32,000 nucleotides of DNA from Acaryochloris thomasi RCC1774 (GTDB taxonomy: Bacteria; Cyanobacteriota; Cyanobacteriia; Thermosynechococcales; Thermosynechococcaceae). The DNA is taken from positions 30,001 to 62,000 of the forward strand of contig NZ_PQWO01000016.1 of NCBI RefSeq assembly GCF_003231495.1, in the 5' to 3' direction. The position numbers and the translations under genes were made by a program. Positions 9,640 to 18,636 of the stretch are shown here, piece after piece. Position 1 is the stretch's first letter; each line of letters starts with the position of its first letter. A model generated the notes under the pieces. It worked only from the letters and a program-made list of their open reading frames with translations. It was not told the origin of the DNA and did no database searches.

Positions 9640-9943
9640 AAACAACCTGAGCTGAGGAGAGAATTTCTTGGCGGCGTAAGTAGTTGCGACTGGTTTGAAT
9701 ACCCTGGCGGGTAACCAAGTCAATATCCCGATGAAAAATGCTTCTCAACTCTGTCTCCATCTGGTCGAGAGTACTGAACTTGGGGTGAGCATCAGGGTGA
9801 AAGCTTACCATTACGTCGATATCGCTATCGAGGCGAAAGTCATCACGGAGAACGGAGCCAAATAGGGCAAGCTCAGTGACTTGCCAGCGTTGACAAAACT
9901 CATCGATTTTGGTGGTTGGGAGTGCGATCGCTGCAATGGTCAT
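9611..9943 (-). CDS. mntA: MNT-type nucleotidyltransferase antitoxin (MntA-like)
   Basis: LALFGSVLRDDFRLDSDIDVMVSF matches the GSxxRx(n)SDxDxxV minimal nucleotidyltransferase motif. The first ATG is at 9943 (the track start at 9997 is non-ATG). The 3' end overlaps the hepT start by 29 nt. Confidence 0.8.
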   Translation of the reverse strand: MTIAAIALPTTKIDEFCQRWQVTELALFGSVLRDDFRLDSDIDVMVSFHPDAHPKFSTLDQMETELRSIFHRDIDLVTRQGIQTSRNYLRRQEILSSAQVVYATGSSIPA

Positions 9944-10021
9944 AACGAAAACCTGGATAGATTGATACCAAGCTGGTAGACGCTGGGAAGGAGGCACTAT
10001 CGGACAACATCAACGGTACGG

Positions 10022-10462
10022 TTATGGATAAACTCTGGAGAATGAAGCCTGGTCAGAACGCAACAGAAAATCATTAATTTCTTTAAGAACTCTTTGTGCA
10101 GTCTTGTCATCAAAAGTAAAAAGCAACAATATAGGGCGAGAATAACGTTTAGAGCGAATTTCCACTCTGTGCTTATATTGCATTCTTCCCTCTTCGGTAC
10201 TGTATGCATTTCTCTCTGCTGCCAACGGTTCGGGAATAGTTACAGGATGCATCCGTACAAAAGGAACCTGCCGCTCCATGCTACATTCCAGTCCTATTTG
10301 AGGCGACCGCGTACAATTTAGCTCTACAGGAAGGAATCTGAAGAAGTAAACTATTGAAATAATGATAGTCACCACAAGCACAAGAACAACAATAGCAAAC
10401 TCTTCTGAGGGAGAAATTTCACGGTTTTTCTGCGTTTTTGTATTATTTGGTTGAATTTCCAT
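10022..10462 (-). CDS. hypothetical single-pass membrane protein (146 aa), no family recognised
   Basis: ATG start. One clear TM helix (FAIVVLVLVVTIIISIVYFF) is followed by a soluble domain of about 100 aa. The gene sits in markedly AT-rich DNA (22/60 G+C in 10081-10140). It lies 71 nt downstream of the HerA-like ATPase on the same strand. Confidence 0.5.
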   Translation of the reverse strand: MEIQPNNTKTQKNREISPSEEFAIVVLVLVVTIIISIVYFFRFLPVELNCTRSPQIGLECSMERQVPFVRMHPVTIPEPLAAERNAYSTEEGRMQYKHRVEIRSKRYSRPILLLFTFDDKTAQRVLKEINDFLLRSDQASFSRVYP

Positions 10463-10533
10463 TGGGATAAAATGCGGTTATGGCGCATTTGCTTTATGGA
10501 CGTCCAGCACTCCCATCATAAATGCTTGATTCC

Positions 10534-12201
10534 TTACTCGATTGCAACCCCATTCACGGTCGCAGCCACCCGCTGCCCCACTAGCTCAGCCTTTGCCGCA
10601 GCGCGCTCGCGCTTCCGATGGGCCTTGAAATGCTGCTGCCACAATGCCGGAGCATTCAACGTCTCACCACCATGATCCGTTAACCGCTGTCGCACCTTAC
10701 AAAGCACAGGCGTATTCACGCACATCCCAGAAATAATCACTTGGCCCTTGGTTAACGCAGGCAATTCCTGCAGCAAGTCTCGCCCCGCCGCCTCCACGCC
10801 ATATTTGAGGCTCTCCTGATCGACGGGATTCACAATCCGCATGATGAACTGACTCATACACTGGGATAACACATCAGAATCCAGCTTCCCAGGACGCTGC
10901 GTAATCAACCCTACCCCCAAACCAAACTTACGTCCTTCACTCAAGATCGTACGGATCACAGCTTTGCAGCGCGATGGTTCATGGGCCGGGGCAAAGCGAT
11001 GAGCTTCCTCTAACAAGATGAAAACCGGATAGGGTAGGTAGTTCTCATCTTCAGGCGTATTGTTCTCTTTGAGAGTATTCATGCGGGCTTGATTAGCCTG
11101 CCGCAGAATGGCAGCACAGATCACCTGCTGCTCTTCTTGACTAATTTCATTCATGTGCAAAATTGTCACTTGACCTGGCTCAAATAGATCGCGGGGAGGC
11201 AAGTGCTCAAAAGCATGGAAATAGGGCGATCGCATTAACTTCTCCAGCTTCCACTCCAAAGCGGAAGCCGACGATCCTTGCTTCTCATTGCCGTTGTCAT
11301 CTTCAACGGTGTCGGCCATGTTGACGGCAAAAATTAAGTCTTGAATGTCCCAACGTTTATCTTTGCGGAGAGTGCCAAACGCTTTATTAAGAATGGCCTG
11401 CTGGCGATCGCTCATCTCCGGTAGCAGCATCAAAATATCCGCATAGTCGAGGGACGAAATCCGAATTCTCACTTCTTCCGGTTGCAAAACCTTCACCAAG
11501 GGCGCATAGCCGTCATCGCTCTTAAATGCCGGATGACCTCGCATCTGTTCGAGGGTGCCATATTCCCCGTGAGGGTCAAAGATCAGCACAGCGGCACGAT
11601 TATGGGGCAGCAGCAGCTCCTCGATCAAAACCCCCGCAGTGTAAGACTTACCCGAGCCAGTACCCGCAAGAATCGCCATGTGGGTACTTACTAACTCTTT
11701 GACATCAAGACTGATAGGAACCGCATTTTCCTGTCGCAGCAGCAAAGAGCCAATAGCAGCAGAGCCGACTTCACCAGACTGCTTTTTGTTGAGAATGTGG
11801 CGCAGGGTGACATCATCAGCCATGTACACCCTGGCTCCCGGTTCTGGGGGCTGGCGCGGGTTCATAAACCCGAGACTTTGATGGAAGTGCCCCACCACTT
11901 CCACGGCGACTTCGTATAGCTCAGGGCTGGCGTGCTTAAAGCCAATCAGTGCGGCAATGGTGCTGGGGTCAATTTCGGTGTCGGCAAACATCCGATCGGG
12001 GAGGTGATCAACGAGCGTACAGGCTGAAATTTTGCCGAGAACATCGAGGGTTTGGTCGCCGACTTGAGCCAGACGATAGAAGACAAATTCTCCGATTTTG
12101 ATGTGTTCTGTATCAGCCGTAATGAAGACGTATTGATTACCGTGTTCGCCTGGACCTTTAACGGTTCCAATCGCTGTAACCTCAGAACGCTGCGTTTTCA
12201 C
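10534..12201 (-). CDS. HerA-like ATPase (HAS-barrel + DUF87 / FtsK-HerA superfamily)
   Basis: GTG start preceded by GAGGA. N-terminal HAS-barrel-like segment (IGTVKGPGEHGNQYVFITADTEHIKIGEFVFY). Walker A AILAGTGSGKSYT, Walker B VFILLEEAHRFAP, and ITQRPGKLDSDVLSQC typical of HerA/DUF87. Confidence 0.8.
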   Translation of the reverse strand: MKTQRSEVTAIGTVKGPGEHGNQYVFITADTEHIKIGEFVFYRLAQVGDQTLDVLGKISACTLVDHLPDRMFADTEIDPSTIAALIGFKHASPELYEVAVEVVGHFHQSLGFMNPRQPPEPGARVYMADDVTLRHILNKKQSGEVGSAAIGSLLLRQENAVPISLDVKELVSTHMAILAGTGSGKSYTAGVLIEELLLPHNRAAVLIFDPHGEYGTLEQMRGHPAFKSDDGYAPLVKVLQPEEVRIRISSLDYADILMLLPEMSDRQQAILNKAFGTLRKDKRWDIQDLIFAVNMADTVEDDNGNEKQGSSASALEWKLEKLMRSPYFHAFEHLPPRDLFEPGQVTILHMNEISQEEQQVICAAILRQANQARMNTLKENNTPEDENYLPYPVFILLEEAHRFAPAHEPSRCKAVIRTILSEGRKFGLGVGLITQRPGKLDSDVLSQCMSQFIMRIVNPVDQESLKYGVEAAGRDLLQELPALTKGQVIISGMCVNTPVLCKVRQRLTDHGGETLNAPALWQQHFKAHRKRERAAAKAELVGQRVAATVNGVAIE

Positions 12202-12266
12202 CCTGAATCCTCACTGTTGGCATTTAGATGACATAGTAGACGAGGTGAGGGAAAACGCCCAATTTT

Positions 12267-15023
12267 TTAGTGCATGTTCAATCTCGGATGAGCGACAGCT
12301 TTTCCCTGAGGTGGATCAATAAAATTGGCAAAGATTGCCAGCGGTACCATGGGCAGCATGGGTAACAAGCAAACGAGCCACTGCTCTGGGGCCAACGGCG
12401 CAGTCTCAAATAATGTGTTCATTACCGACCACTGACTAAATATAAACTGCAGAGCAACAGCAGCAACAATACCCACTATCAAGATAGGCGCACGAGTAAT
12501 TTTAGACCTGTGGCGAATCACGCTGAGCAGGCTTATTCCCAATTGGCTGATGCTGAGCAGATAGACGATGCGAGCAAAAACAAGAGCTTGGATCGCCATT
12601 GTCCGAGCAATGGCAATGTCCCCAGTAGTGGATTTAGCCCACTCAAATATGCCAAAAATCAGAATCCAGTTAAAGAGCGAGACGGTCAAAATTCGACGCA
12701 ATAATCTCCCTGTAATCAGGGGTTCATTGGGATTGCGCGGAGGCTGCTGCATCAATCCGTTTGACTTCGGTTCAAAGGCCAGGGGAACCGTCATCGTGAG
12801 GGAGTTGATCAGGTTGAGCCACAGGATCTGGAGCGAGAGGATAGGCAAATCCCTCGCTAGGAATGCACTAATCAGAATAGTCATTGATTCGCCGCCGTTG
12901 ACCGGCAAGAGAAATGCGATCGCTTTCCGTAGATTTTGATAAACGGTCCGCCCTTCTTCTACAGCCGCTTCAACGGAGGCAAAGTTGTCATCCGTGAGCA
13001 GCATGTCAGCGGCCTCTCTCGCCACTTCCGTACCGCCTTTCCCCATCGCAGTGCCGATATCGGCTTGTTTGAGGGCTGGGGCATCATTGACGCCATCCCC
13101 TGTCATGGCAACGACTTCGCCTTTAGACTGAAGTGCTTCGACCAGTCGTAATTTTTGAGTTGGGGCGACTCTGGCAAACACGTCTCCATCTTCAACCGCC
13201 TGAGCCAACTGGCGATCGTCCATACGTGCCAACTGCTGCCCCTCAAAAGCCACCACTTGCTCAGCTTTCTGGATGCCCATGCGGTGAGCAATCGTCCGGG
13301 CTGTAGCAATGTGGTCTCCGGTGATCATTTTCACTTGAATTCCGGCCGACTGACAGGCATGAACGGCAGCGATCGCCTCTGGGCGGGGCGGATCAATCAT
13401 GCCCTGCAGCCCCAGAAAGGTCAGGTCTGTTTCGATATCTTCATGGTCAATGGAATGCTGATGGGCATGCGCTTCTTTTTTGGCAAAGGCAAGTACCCGT
13501 AGTCCCTGCTCTGCCATCTGTTCGACGGCCTTCTCAAGTTGTACAGGGTCTAGGACGGTCTTCTGATGGTCATGTCCTATCATCTGGGAGCAGCGGCTGG
13601 TCAGAGATTCAACCGAACCCTTAACGTAAATAACGGGAACAACTCCATCATGCAACGTTGCCATGTACTGATACTGAGATTCAAAGGGAATCGCATCTAG
13701 TCGTGATCTTGAAGCCGCTAAACTAGCCTGGTTCAGGCTGGCTTTGGCTGCTGCCGTAATCAACGCTCCTTCTGTGGGGTCTCCAACGACGGACCAAGTA
13801 TCATCTGTTTGTTTGAGCTGGGAGTCATTGCAAAGCACACCCGCAATCAGGCACTCCTCCAAAATGGGGGGCAGTCCATCTTCGAACGGTTCGGCAGAAC
13901 TATCGCGGCGCGTGAGGCGAATATCTCCCTTGGGGCTATAGCCACTACCGCTAACCTCGTAGTGTTCTCCTCCGGCATAGATCGCCTGGACCGTCATTTG
14001 GTTTTCGGTCAGCGTTCCTGTTTTGTCGGAACAAATAACGGTAGCGCCCCCCAAGGCTTCAACGGCTGGAAGTTTACGAATAATGGCATGACGACGGGCC
14101 ATCCGGTTAACACCAATAGCTAAGGTGATAGTGACGACCGCGGGCAACCCTTCTGGAATCGCGCTGACAGCGAGGGCGACGGCAGCTTCAAACATATAGA
14201 TCCAGGATTCACCTTGACCCAACCCAATGACAAAGGTGAGGGTTGCGAGGGCCAAAATGCCGTAGAGCAAAATGCGACTGAACTTGGCAAACTTGCGGGT
14301 CAAGGGAGTACTGAGGTTGACCCGCTGGGTCATCGATTGAGAGATCTGCCCCACTTCGGTTGTGTCTGCGGTGGCGACCACAATCCCAGTCCCCTGCCCA
14401 AAGGTGACGAAACTCCCTGCATAAGCCATATTGGTCCGTTCTGCGAGGGAAATATCTTCGGGTAGGGGCTGGATCGATTTATCCACGGGGACCGATTCTC
14501 CGGTCAAAGCTGATTCATCGATTTGCAAACTGCGGGTCTTCATTAGTCTCAAGTCTGCGGGTACTTTATCGCCCGATGTCAACAGCACGACGTCTCCGGG
14601 GACTAAGTCTTGGGAAGGGATTCGCAGCGTTTGCCCCTCCCGCAAAACGGTGGTTTCTGTGGTGACAGCTTTAGCTAGTGAGGCGATCGCTCCTTCTGCT
14701 TTTGCTTCTTGCACGTAGCCGATCACGGCATTGATGATCGTTACGCCCCAGATCACCGCGGCATTGGTCCAGGAGCCTAGAAATGCTTTAACGCCGCCTG
14801 CAATCAACAGAATGTAGAGGAGTGGCTGGTTAAACTGTAGTAGAAACCCCAGCCAGGCCGGTCTTCCGGGCTTAACCGGGAGCTGATTCCAGCCATAGGT
14901 TTCATAACGACGGGCGACTTCTTCTGCTGTTAGCCCTGTCTTGAGGTTGCTATCGAAGACTTTAGTGACTTCAGGGCTGGTAAGGTCGTGATAAGAACGA
15001 AATTGCAATTGAGCTGGCATCAT
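12267..15023 (-). CDS. cation-translocating P-type ATPase (P2 type, PacL/Ca2+-ATPase-like)
   Basis: Phosphorylation site [14 protein letters not shown], plus TGES, MITGDH and [18 protein letters not shown]. Likely start is ATG 15023 or 15020, behind a GGGGG Shine-Dalgarno-like run; the track start at 15032 is TTG. Confidence 0.92.
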   Translation of the reverse strand: MMPAQLQFRSYHDLTSPEVTKVFDSNLKTGLTAEEVARRYETYGWNQLPVKPGRPAWLGFLLQFNQPLLYILLIAGGVKAFLGSWTNAAVIWGVTIINAVIGYVQEAKAEGAIASLAKAVTTETTVLREGQTLRIPSQDLVPGDVVLLTSGDKVPADLRLMKTRSLQIDESALTGESVPVDKSIQPLPEDISLAERTNMAYAGSFVTFGQGTGIVVATADTTEVGQISQSMTQRVNLSTPLTRKFAKFSRILLYGILALATLTFVIGLGQGESWIYMFEAAVALAVSAIPEGLPAVVTITLAIGVNRMARRHAIIRKLPAVEALGGATVICSDKTGTLTENQMTVQAIYAGGEHYEVSGSGYSPKGDIRLTRRDSSAEPFEDGLPPILEECLIAGVLCNDSQLKQTDDTWSVVGDPTEGALITAAAKASLNQASLAASRSRLDAIPFESQYQYMATLHDGVVPVIYVKGSVESLTSRCSQMIGHDHQKTVLDPVQLEKAVEQMAEQGLRVLAFAKKEAHAHQHSIDHEDIETDLTFLGLQGMIDPPRPEAIAAVHACQSAGIQVKMITGDHIATARTIAHRMGIQKAEQVVAFEGQQLARMDDRQLAQAVEDGDVFARVAPTQKLRLVEALQSKGEVVAMTGDGVNDAPALKQADIGTAMGKGGTEVAREAADMLLTDDNFASVEAAVEEGRTVYQNLRKAIAFLLPVNGGESMTILISAFLARDLPILSLQILWLNLINSLTMTVPLAFEPKSNGLMQQPPRNPNEPLITGRLLRRILTVSLFNWILIFGIFEWAKSTTGDIAIARTMAIQALVFARIVYLLSISQLGISLLSVIRHRSKITRAPILIVGIVAAVALQFIFSQWSVMNTLFETAPLAPEQWLVCLLPMLPMVPLAIFANFIDPPQGKAVAHPRLNMH

Positions 15024-15196
15024 AACCCCCAATGCAAGAGACAGAGAATCTGTCTTTACACCTCAATGCTAACAAGGGCGAAATCTCACTTTCATTGCAC
15101 TTCCATATCGTGAGTATAGGAATTGTGCATGTCTGCTGCTGAAATGGGACACACAGTTGAGTGACCTATTTGAACCCGAGAGCCGACCTAGGCCGA

Positions 15197-15202
15197 TATA
15201 AT
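15197..15202 (+). promoter_or_regulatory. consensus -10 hexamer TATAAT upstream of the antiporter gene
   Basis: A perfect TATAAT sits 5 nt upstream of ATG 15208. There is no well-spaced -35; the nearest TTGAAC at 15170-15175 is 21 nt away. Promoter use is not demonstrable from sequence. Confidence 0.25.
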
Positions 15203-15207
15203 CCCCG

Positions 15208-16902
15208 ATGATATGGGCAGACCTGCTCTTTGCTAATTTCTTTGTGAGTTTGATGCTTCAATTTAGTAATCCATATTATGAAATCGCGGCAATTCTCACC
15301 ATTGCGGCTGGCGTGGGTGCGCTAGCGGTGCGGCTGCGGCAGCCATTGATTATCGCTTTCATTGCTGTGGGGATTTTGGTCGGTCCGGCGGGACTGCGCT
15401 GGGTGGCCTCCACGGATGAGGTAGAGCTGTTTGCCAAGTTGGGGATTACACTACTGCTGTTTGTGGTGGGTCTCAAGCTAGATCCTCATGAGATTCGGGC
15501 TGTGGGACCGGTTGCGATCGCAACTGCCACGGGTCAAATCATCCTCACAGGCGGCATCGGCTACCTGATGGGCCTGGGCCTGGGCTTAAACAACATTGAA
15601 GCCTTTTACGTTGCCACGGCCCTCACTTTCTCCAGCACCATCATTATCGTCAAACTGCTCTCTGATCAGCGGGAGATCGATTCGCTCCACGGTCGGATTG
15701 CCGTCGGCGTTTTGATTGTGCAAGATATTACCGTCATTGCCGTCATGATTGCGCTCACGGCCCTCACGGGGGACGAAGGAACCGTCAGTCTAGGGCAAAC
15801 CATTGTAGAAGTCTTGCTGAAGGGAGCCGCGTTCTTAGGTGCGATCGCACTTTTTACGCGCTATATTTTGCCGCGACTGCTGCACAGCGTCGCTCGGTCT
15901 CCAGAGCTGCTGGTTCTTGTAGCAATCACCTGGACTGTAGCGTTGGCGGCGGAGGCTGATACGTTGGGGTTCAGTAAAGAAGTCGGGGCGTTCTTGGCAG
16001 GGGTTGCGATCGCATCCACCCCTTACAGAGTCCCTATCTCCTCTCGACTCGTCAGCCTGCGGGATTTTCTGCTGCTGTTCTTTTTTATTGAGTTAGGCGT
16101 CAACATTGACCTGCAGTATCTAGGGCAACAGGTTATTCCCGCCCTGATCTTTTCAGCTTTCATACTACTAGGCAAACCGCTAATGGTTGTCGTGCTGATG
16201 AGCATCATGGGCTATCGCAAATACACCAGCGCCCTCACCGGCCTTGCCCTCAGCCAGATTAGCGAGTTTTCCCTGATCCTGGCATCCCTGGGCGTCGGTC
16301 TAGGACAAATCGACAAACGCATTTTGGGCCTGATCACGCTCATTGGCTTGATTACGATGGGGCTGTCGAGCTACATGATCATCTACAGCCATGTCATCTA
16401 TCCTCGACTAGCAAACTGGCTCGATTTGCTAGAGCGGAAAGTCATTCATCCCCACCACTATGAAGACCCAGATTCAGAGTGGACGCCCGTTGATTTCATC
16501 GTCTTTGGTTTGGGGCGCTACGGGGGCAGCGTCGTACACGATCTCTGCGAATCAGGATTCACAGTGCTGGGGGTTGATTTTGATCCTGAAGTGGTGAGCT
16601 TCTGGAACCGCCAAGGGCTGCGAACCCTCTATGGTGATGCCGATGACCCAGAACTGGCGGCCCTACTCCCCCTCAAAGAAACACGCTGGATTGTGAGTAC
16701 AGTTCCTAGGTGTGACGTGGGCCTAGCGTTACTCCATACTCTGCAGCACCATGACTACAAAGGATCTGTCGCTCTCACCAGTCACAGCCAGCGAGATGAA
16801 GAGATTTTGCTGTCGGCAGGCGCAAATAAGGTACTGCTTCCTTTCCGCGATGCCGCGAAGGAGGCCGCAAGGATGTTGACCCACATTGAGATGTCCTCCT
16901 AG
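15208..16902 (+). CDS. cation:proton antiporter (CPA2/Kef-type) with C-terminal RCK/TrkA-N domain
   Basis: A membrane domain of about 12 TM helices (Na+/H+ exchanger family pattern ...GILVGPAGL...) is followed by the Rossmann motif FIVFGLGRYGGSV. The start is ambiguous: ATG 15208 or ATG 15253. Confidence 0.85.
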   Translation: MIWADLLFANFFVSLMLQFSNPYYEIAAILTIAAGVGALAVRLRQPLIIAFIAVGILVGPAGLRWVASTDEVELFAKLGITLLLFVVGLKLDPHEIRAVGPVAIATATGQIILTGGIGYLMGLGLGLNNIEAFYVATALTFSSTIIIVKLLSDQREIDSLHGRIAVGVLIVQDITVIAVMIALTALTGDEGTVSLGQTIVEVLLKGAAFLGAIALFTRYILPRLLHSVARSPELLVLVAITWTVALAAEADTLGFSKEVGAFLAGVAIASTPYRVPISSRLVSLRDFLLLFFFIELGVNIDLQYLGQQVIPALIFSAFILLGKPLMVVVLMSIMGYRKYTSALTGLALSQISEFSLILASLGVGLGQIDKRILGLITLIGLITMGLSSYMIIYSHVIYPRLANWLDLLERKVIHPHHYEDPDSEWTPVDFIVFGLGRYGGSVVHDLCESGFTVLGVDFDPEVVSFWNRQGLRTLYGDADDPELAALLPLKETRWIVSTVPRCDVGLALLHTLQHHDYKGSVALTSHSQRDEEILLSAGANKVLLPFRDAAKEAARMLTHIEMSS

Positions 16903-16998
16903 GCGAAGCGTTTTGACTTTATGCCCTTCGTCTTGAGTTTGCTCTCCGAGCCAAACACATTTTGGATGCGGCTGTAACATTCGCGAACAACAGTTGGG

Positions 16999-17018
16999 GG
17001 CTGCAGCTCAGCCTTTTT
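16999..17018 (+). terminator. possible intrinsic terminator after the antiporter gene
   Basis: GGCTG-cagct-CAGCC followed by TTTTT, about 100 nt after the stop at 16902. The stem is short. Confidence 0.4.
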
Positions 17019-17128
17019 CCACAAGTAGGGTTGTTAAGAAAGTTCATTTTTCTTCGATAAATCCTCCCATTAAGATGAACTTTGCTTGCAGGAACCGACG
17101 TTTTTTTCAAGGAGGACTATATTAGTAA

Positions 17129-17248
17129 ATGAAGCAGTCAATGCTTCCCTGGCAGATGAAACAGCCAAGTCAAACCTACAAGAGGAAAGAGCTGTTGAGA
17201 TTAGTATCTGTCTCGCTAAAACAAAATAACACCCGCGTCTGTTATTGA
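17129..17248 (+). CDS. speculative 39-codon ORF with Shine-Dalgarno-like AGGAGGA
   Basis: aAGGAGGActatattagtaaATG. Product MKQSMLPWQMKQPSQTYKRKELLRLVSVSLKQNNTRVCY*. It lies in the AT-rich island and its 3' end overlaps the left inverted repeat. No family recognised. Confidence 0.15.
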   Translation: MKQSMLPWQMKQPSQTYKRKELLRLVSVSLKQNNTRVCY

Positions 17249-17369
17249 CGTTCTCTCAAATAAAGAGATGGGAGTTCAACTGAGTCTTAGAGACTGTAAT
17301 AGTTGCTCCACATAGCATCGAGATGAATGAGAGAGATTTACTCAGTAACGTTTAGGTCGGGTGTTATTT
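17224..17369. repeat. 12-nt perfect inverted repeat pair bracketing about 120 bp
   Basis: AAATAACACCCG (17224-17235) and CGGGTGTTATTT (17358-17369), inside the AT-rich noncoding island. No target-site duplication is visible. Confidence 0.6.
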
Positions 17370-17627
17370 GCTTTAAATGGAGTTTTTTGACTTCAACATC
17401 ACCTCAAAAGTGAACCTAGGGATAAAGCCTTATACTCTTCTCCAGTAAGGTGAGTTTTTCTCTCTATTTTGATTGTTTTCCGTAGGTTTTAAGTCACTAG
17501 CTTCCCGTTAACTTGTTGTCCATCGGCACAGACTTTATTGAACCGAGAGTCAGCATTAATAAATTCAAGAACGATTTAATCAATCGAAGCCTCTCGCTAG
17601 ATAATTGACTTGATCTACGCAGGAAGG

Positions 17628-18395
17628 CTACTGAAACGAAATCACATCCGCTAGCCCAAACCAGTTGCGTCGCTTTACTCCCCATGCCAAAACGCCAAGG
17701 ACAGCGATAAAGACTAGCGCAATGGCTAAGGTTGCACTAGAGTTCAGCATTATTGCAGCGCCTAGGTGGGTCAGTAGAAACGTGCAGGGCATAATGCCCA
17801 ACAGACAAGGAAGGGCAAACCAGATGAACGACAAGCCAGAAATACCTGCACCATAGCTGATCAGGTCGTAGGGAATCACCGGAATCATATGGGTAATCAT
17901 CACGACCCAGCCCAGATACTTCTCCCCGCGATGTTTTGAGAGATAAATGGCCTTTCCGGTCAAAACTTTAACGGTTGCTCGCCCCCAAGTACGACCAATC
18001 CAATAGGCAATGATGCTCCCCAGATAAATGCCAATCGTGCCATAGATTCCCGCTTGTATCGGTCCCCAAATCGTTCCTGCCGCAATGGTGAAGGGAGTGC
18101 TTGGGATCGGGCTGACGACGATGGCGATTGCCGAGAAACTAATGAAGACGAGGATGCCGATCCAGCCCAGTCCATGCAGATACTGTATCCATTGCTGGGG
18201 TGAATGCCAGTCGATCCCTGCTTGGGTGACGAGCCAACCGCTAAAGATCGCGCACAGTGCAGTGACAAATAGCGCAATCCAGTGGGATGGCTTCAATCTA
18301 ATAAGGCTTCGAGACCGTTTGGGACGCCGAGTTTTTGTCCGCGTAGGAGAAGAGTTTCTGGAGACATTAGAAGCGCGTCTGACAAGTTTTGGCAC
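17628..18395 (-). CDS. TVP38/TMEM64 (DedA-related) family membrane protein
   Basis: VSPIPSTPFTIAAGTIWGP...IAYWIGRTWG and a multi-TM profile. There is no ATG in the N-terminal region, so the start must be GTG 18395 or an internal TTG. The N-terminal tail is very basic and Ser/Arg-rich. Confidence 0.65.
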   Translation of the reverse strand: MPKLVRRASNVSRNSSPTRTKTRRPKRSRSLIRLKPSHWIALFVTALCAIFSGWLVTQAGIDWHSPQQWIQYLHGLGWIGILVFISFSAIAIVVSPIPSTPFTIAAGTIWGPIQAGIYGTIGIYLGSIIAYWIGRTWGRATVKVLTGKAIYLSKHRGEKYLGWVVMITHMIPVIPYDLISYGAGISGLSFIWFALPCLLGIMPCTFLLTHLGAAIMLNSSATLAIALVFIAVLGVLAWGVKRRNWFGLADVISFQ

Positions 18396-18636
18396 AGGTG
18401 GAATCAGTCGTATTGTTTTTCAACGGGAATGCGGCGGTCGTTGCACAGTCAAGTCACTGCCTGAGTCCAATTTATTCGTCACAGAAATAGAGCCATCATA
18501 CCCAGAGGTTCGCAGACGATTACAGAGGCTACGCTCCACAATATACTACTGATGCCCGAAGTCCTCCGCAAATGGTTTAGCGACGCGGATATTATTTTCT
18601 ATGGGTAACACCCTGATCACACGAGTCTCCCAGGCG

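Noticed and set aside
9997-10321. ORFs 9997-10209 (minus) and 10094-10321 (plus) overlapping the small membrane-protein gene
   Set aside because: AT-rich DNA produces spurious open frames. Both are shorter than the 146-aa ORF and are overlapped by it. The 146-aa ORF has an ATG start and a clean TM helix.
16919-17110. 63-aa minus-strand ORF (MKKTSVPASKVHLNGRIYRRK...) in the AT-rich island
   Set aside because: The composition is highly basic and low-complexity, with no recognisable motif or ribosome-binding site. It overlaps the candidate plus-strand terminator. It is treated as noncoding.
17224-17369. The inverted-repeat-bounded 146-bp segment considered as a MITE
   Set aside because: No target-site duplication flanks the repeats (aca versus gct), and I could find no second copy within the window. 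It is kept only as an inverted-repeat feature. A genome-wide BLASTN would decide the question.
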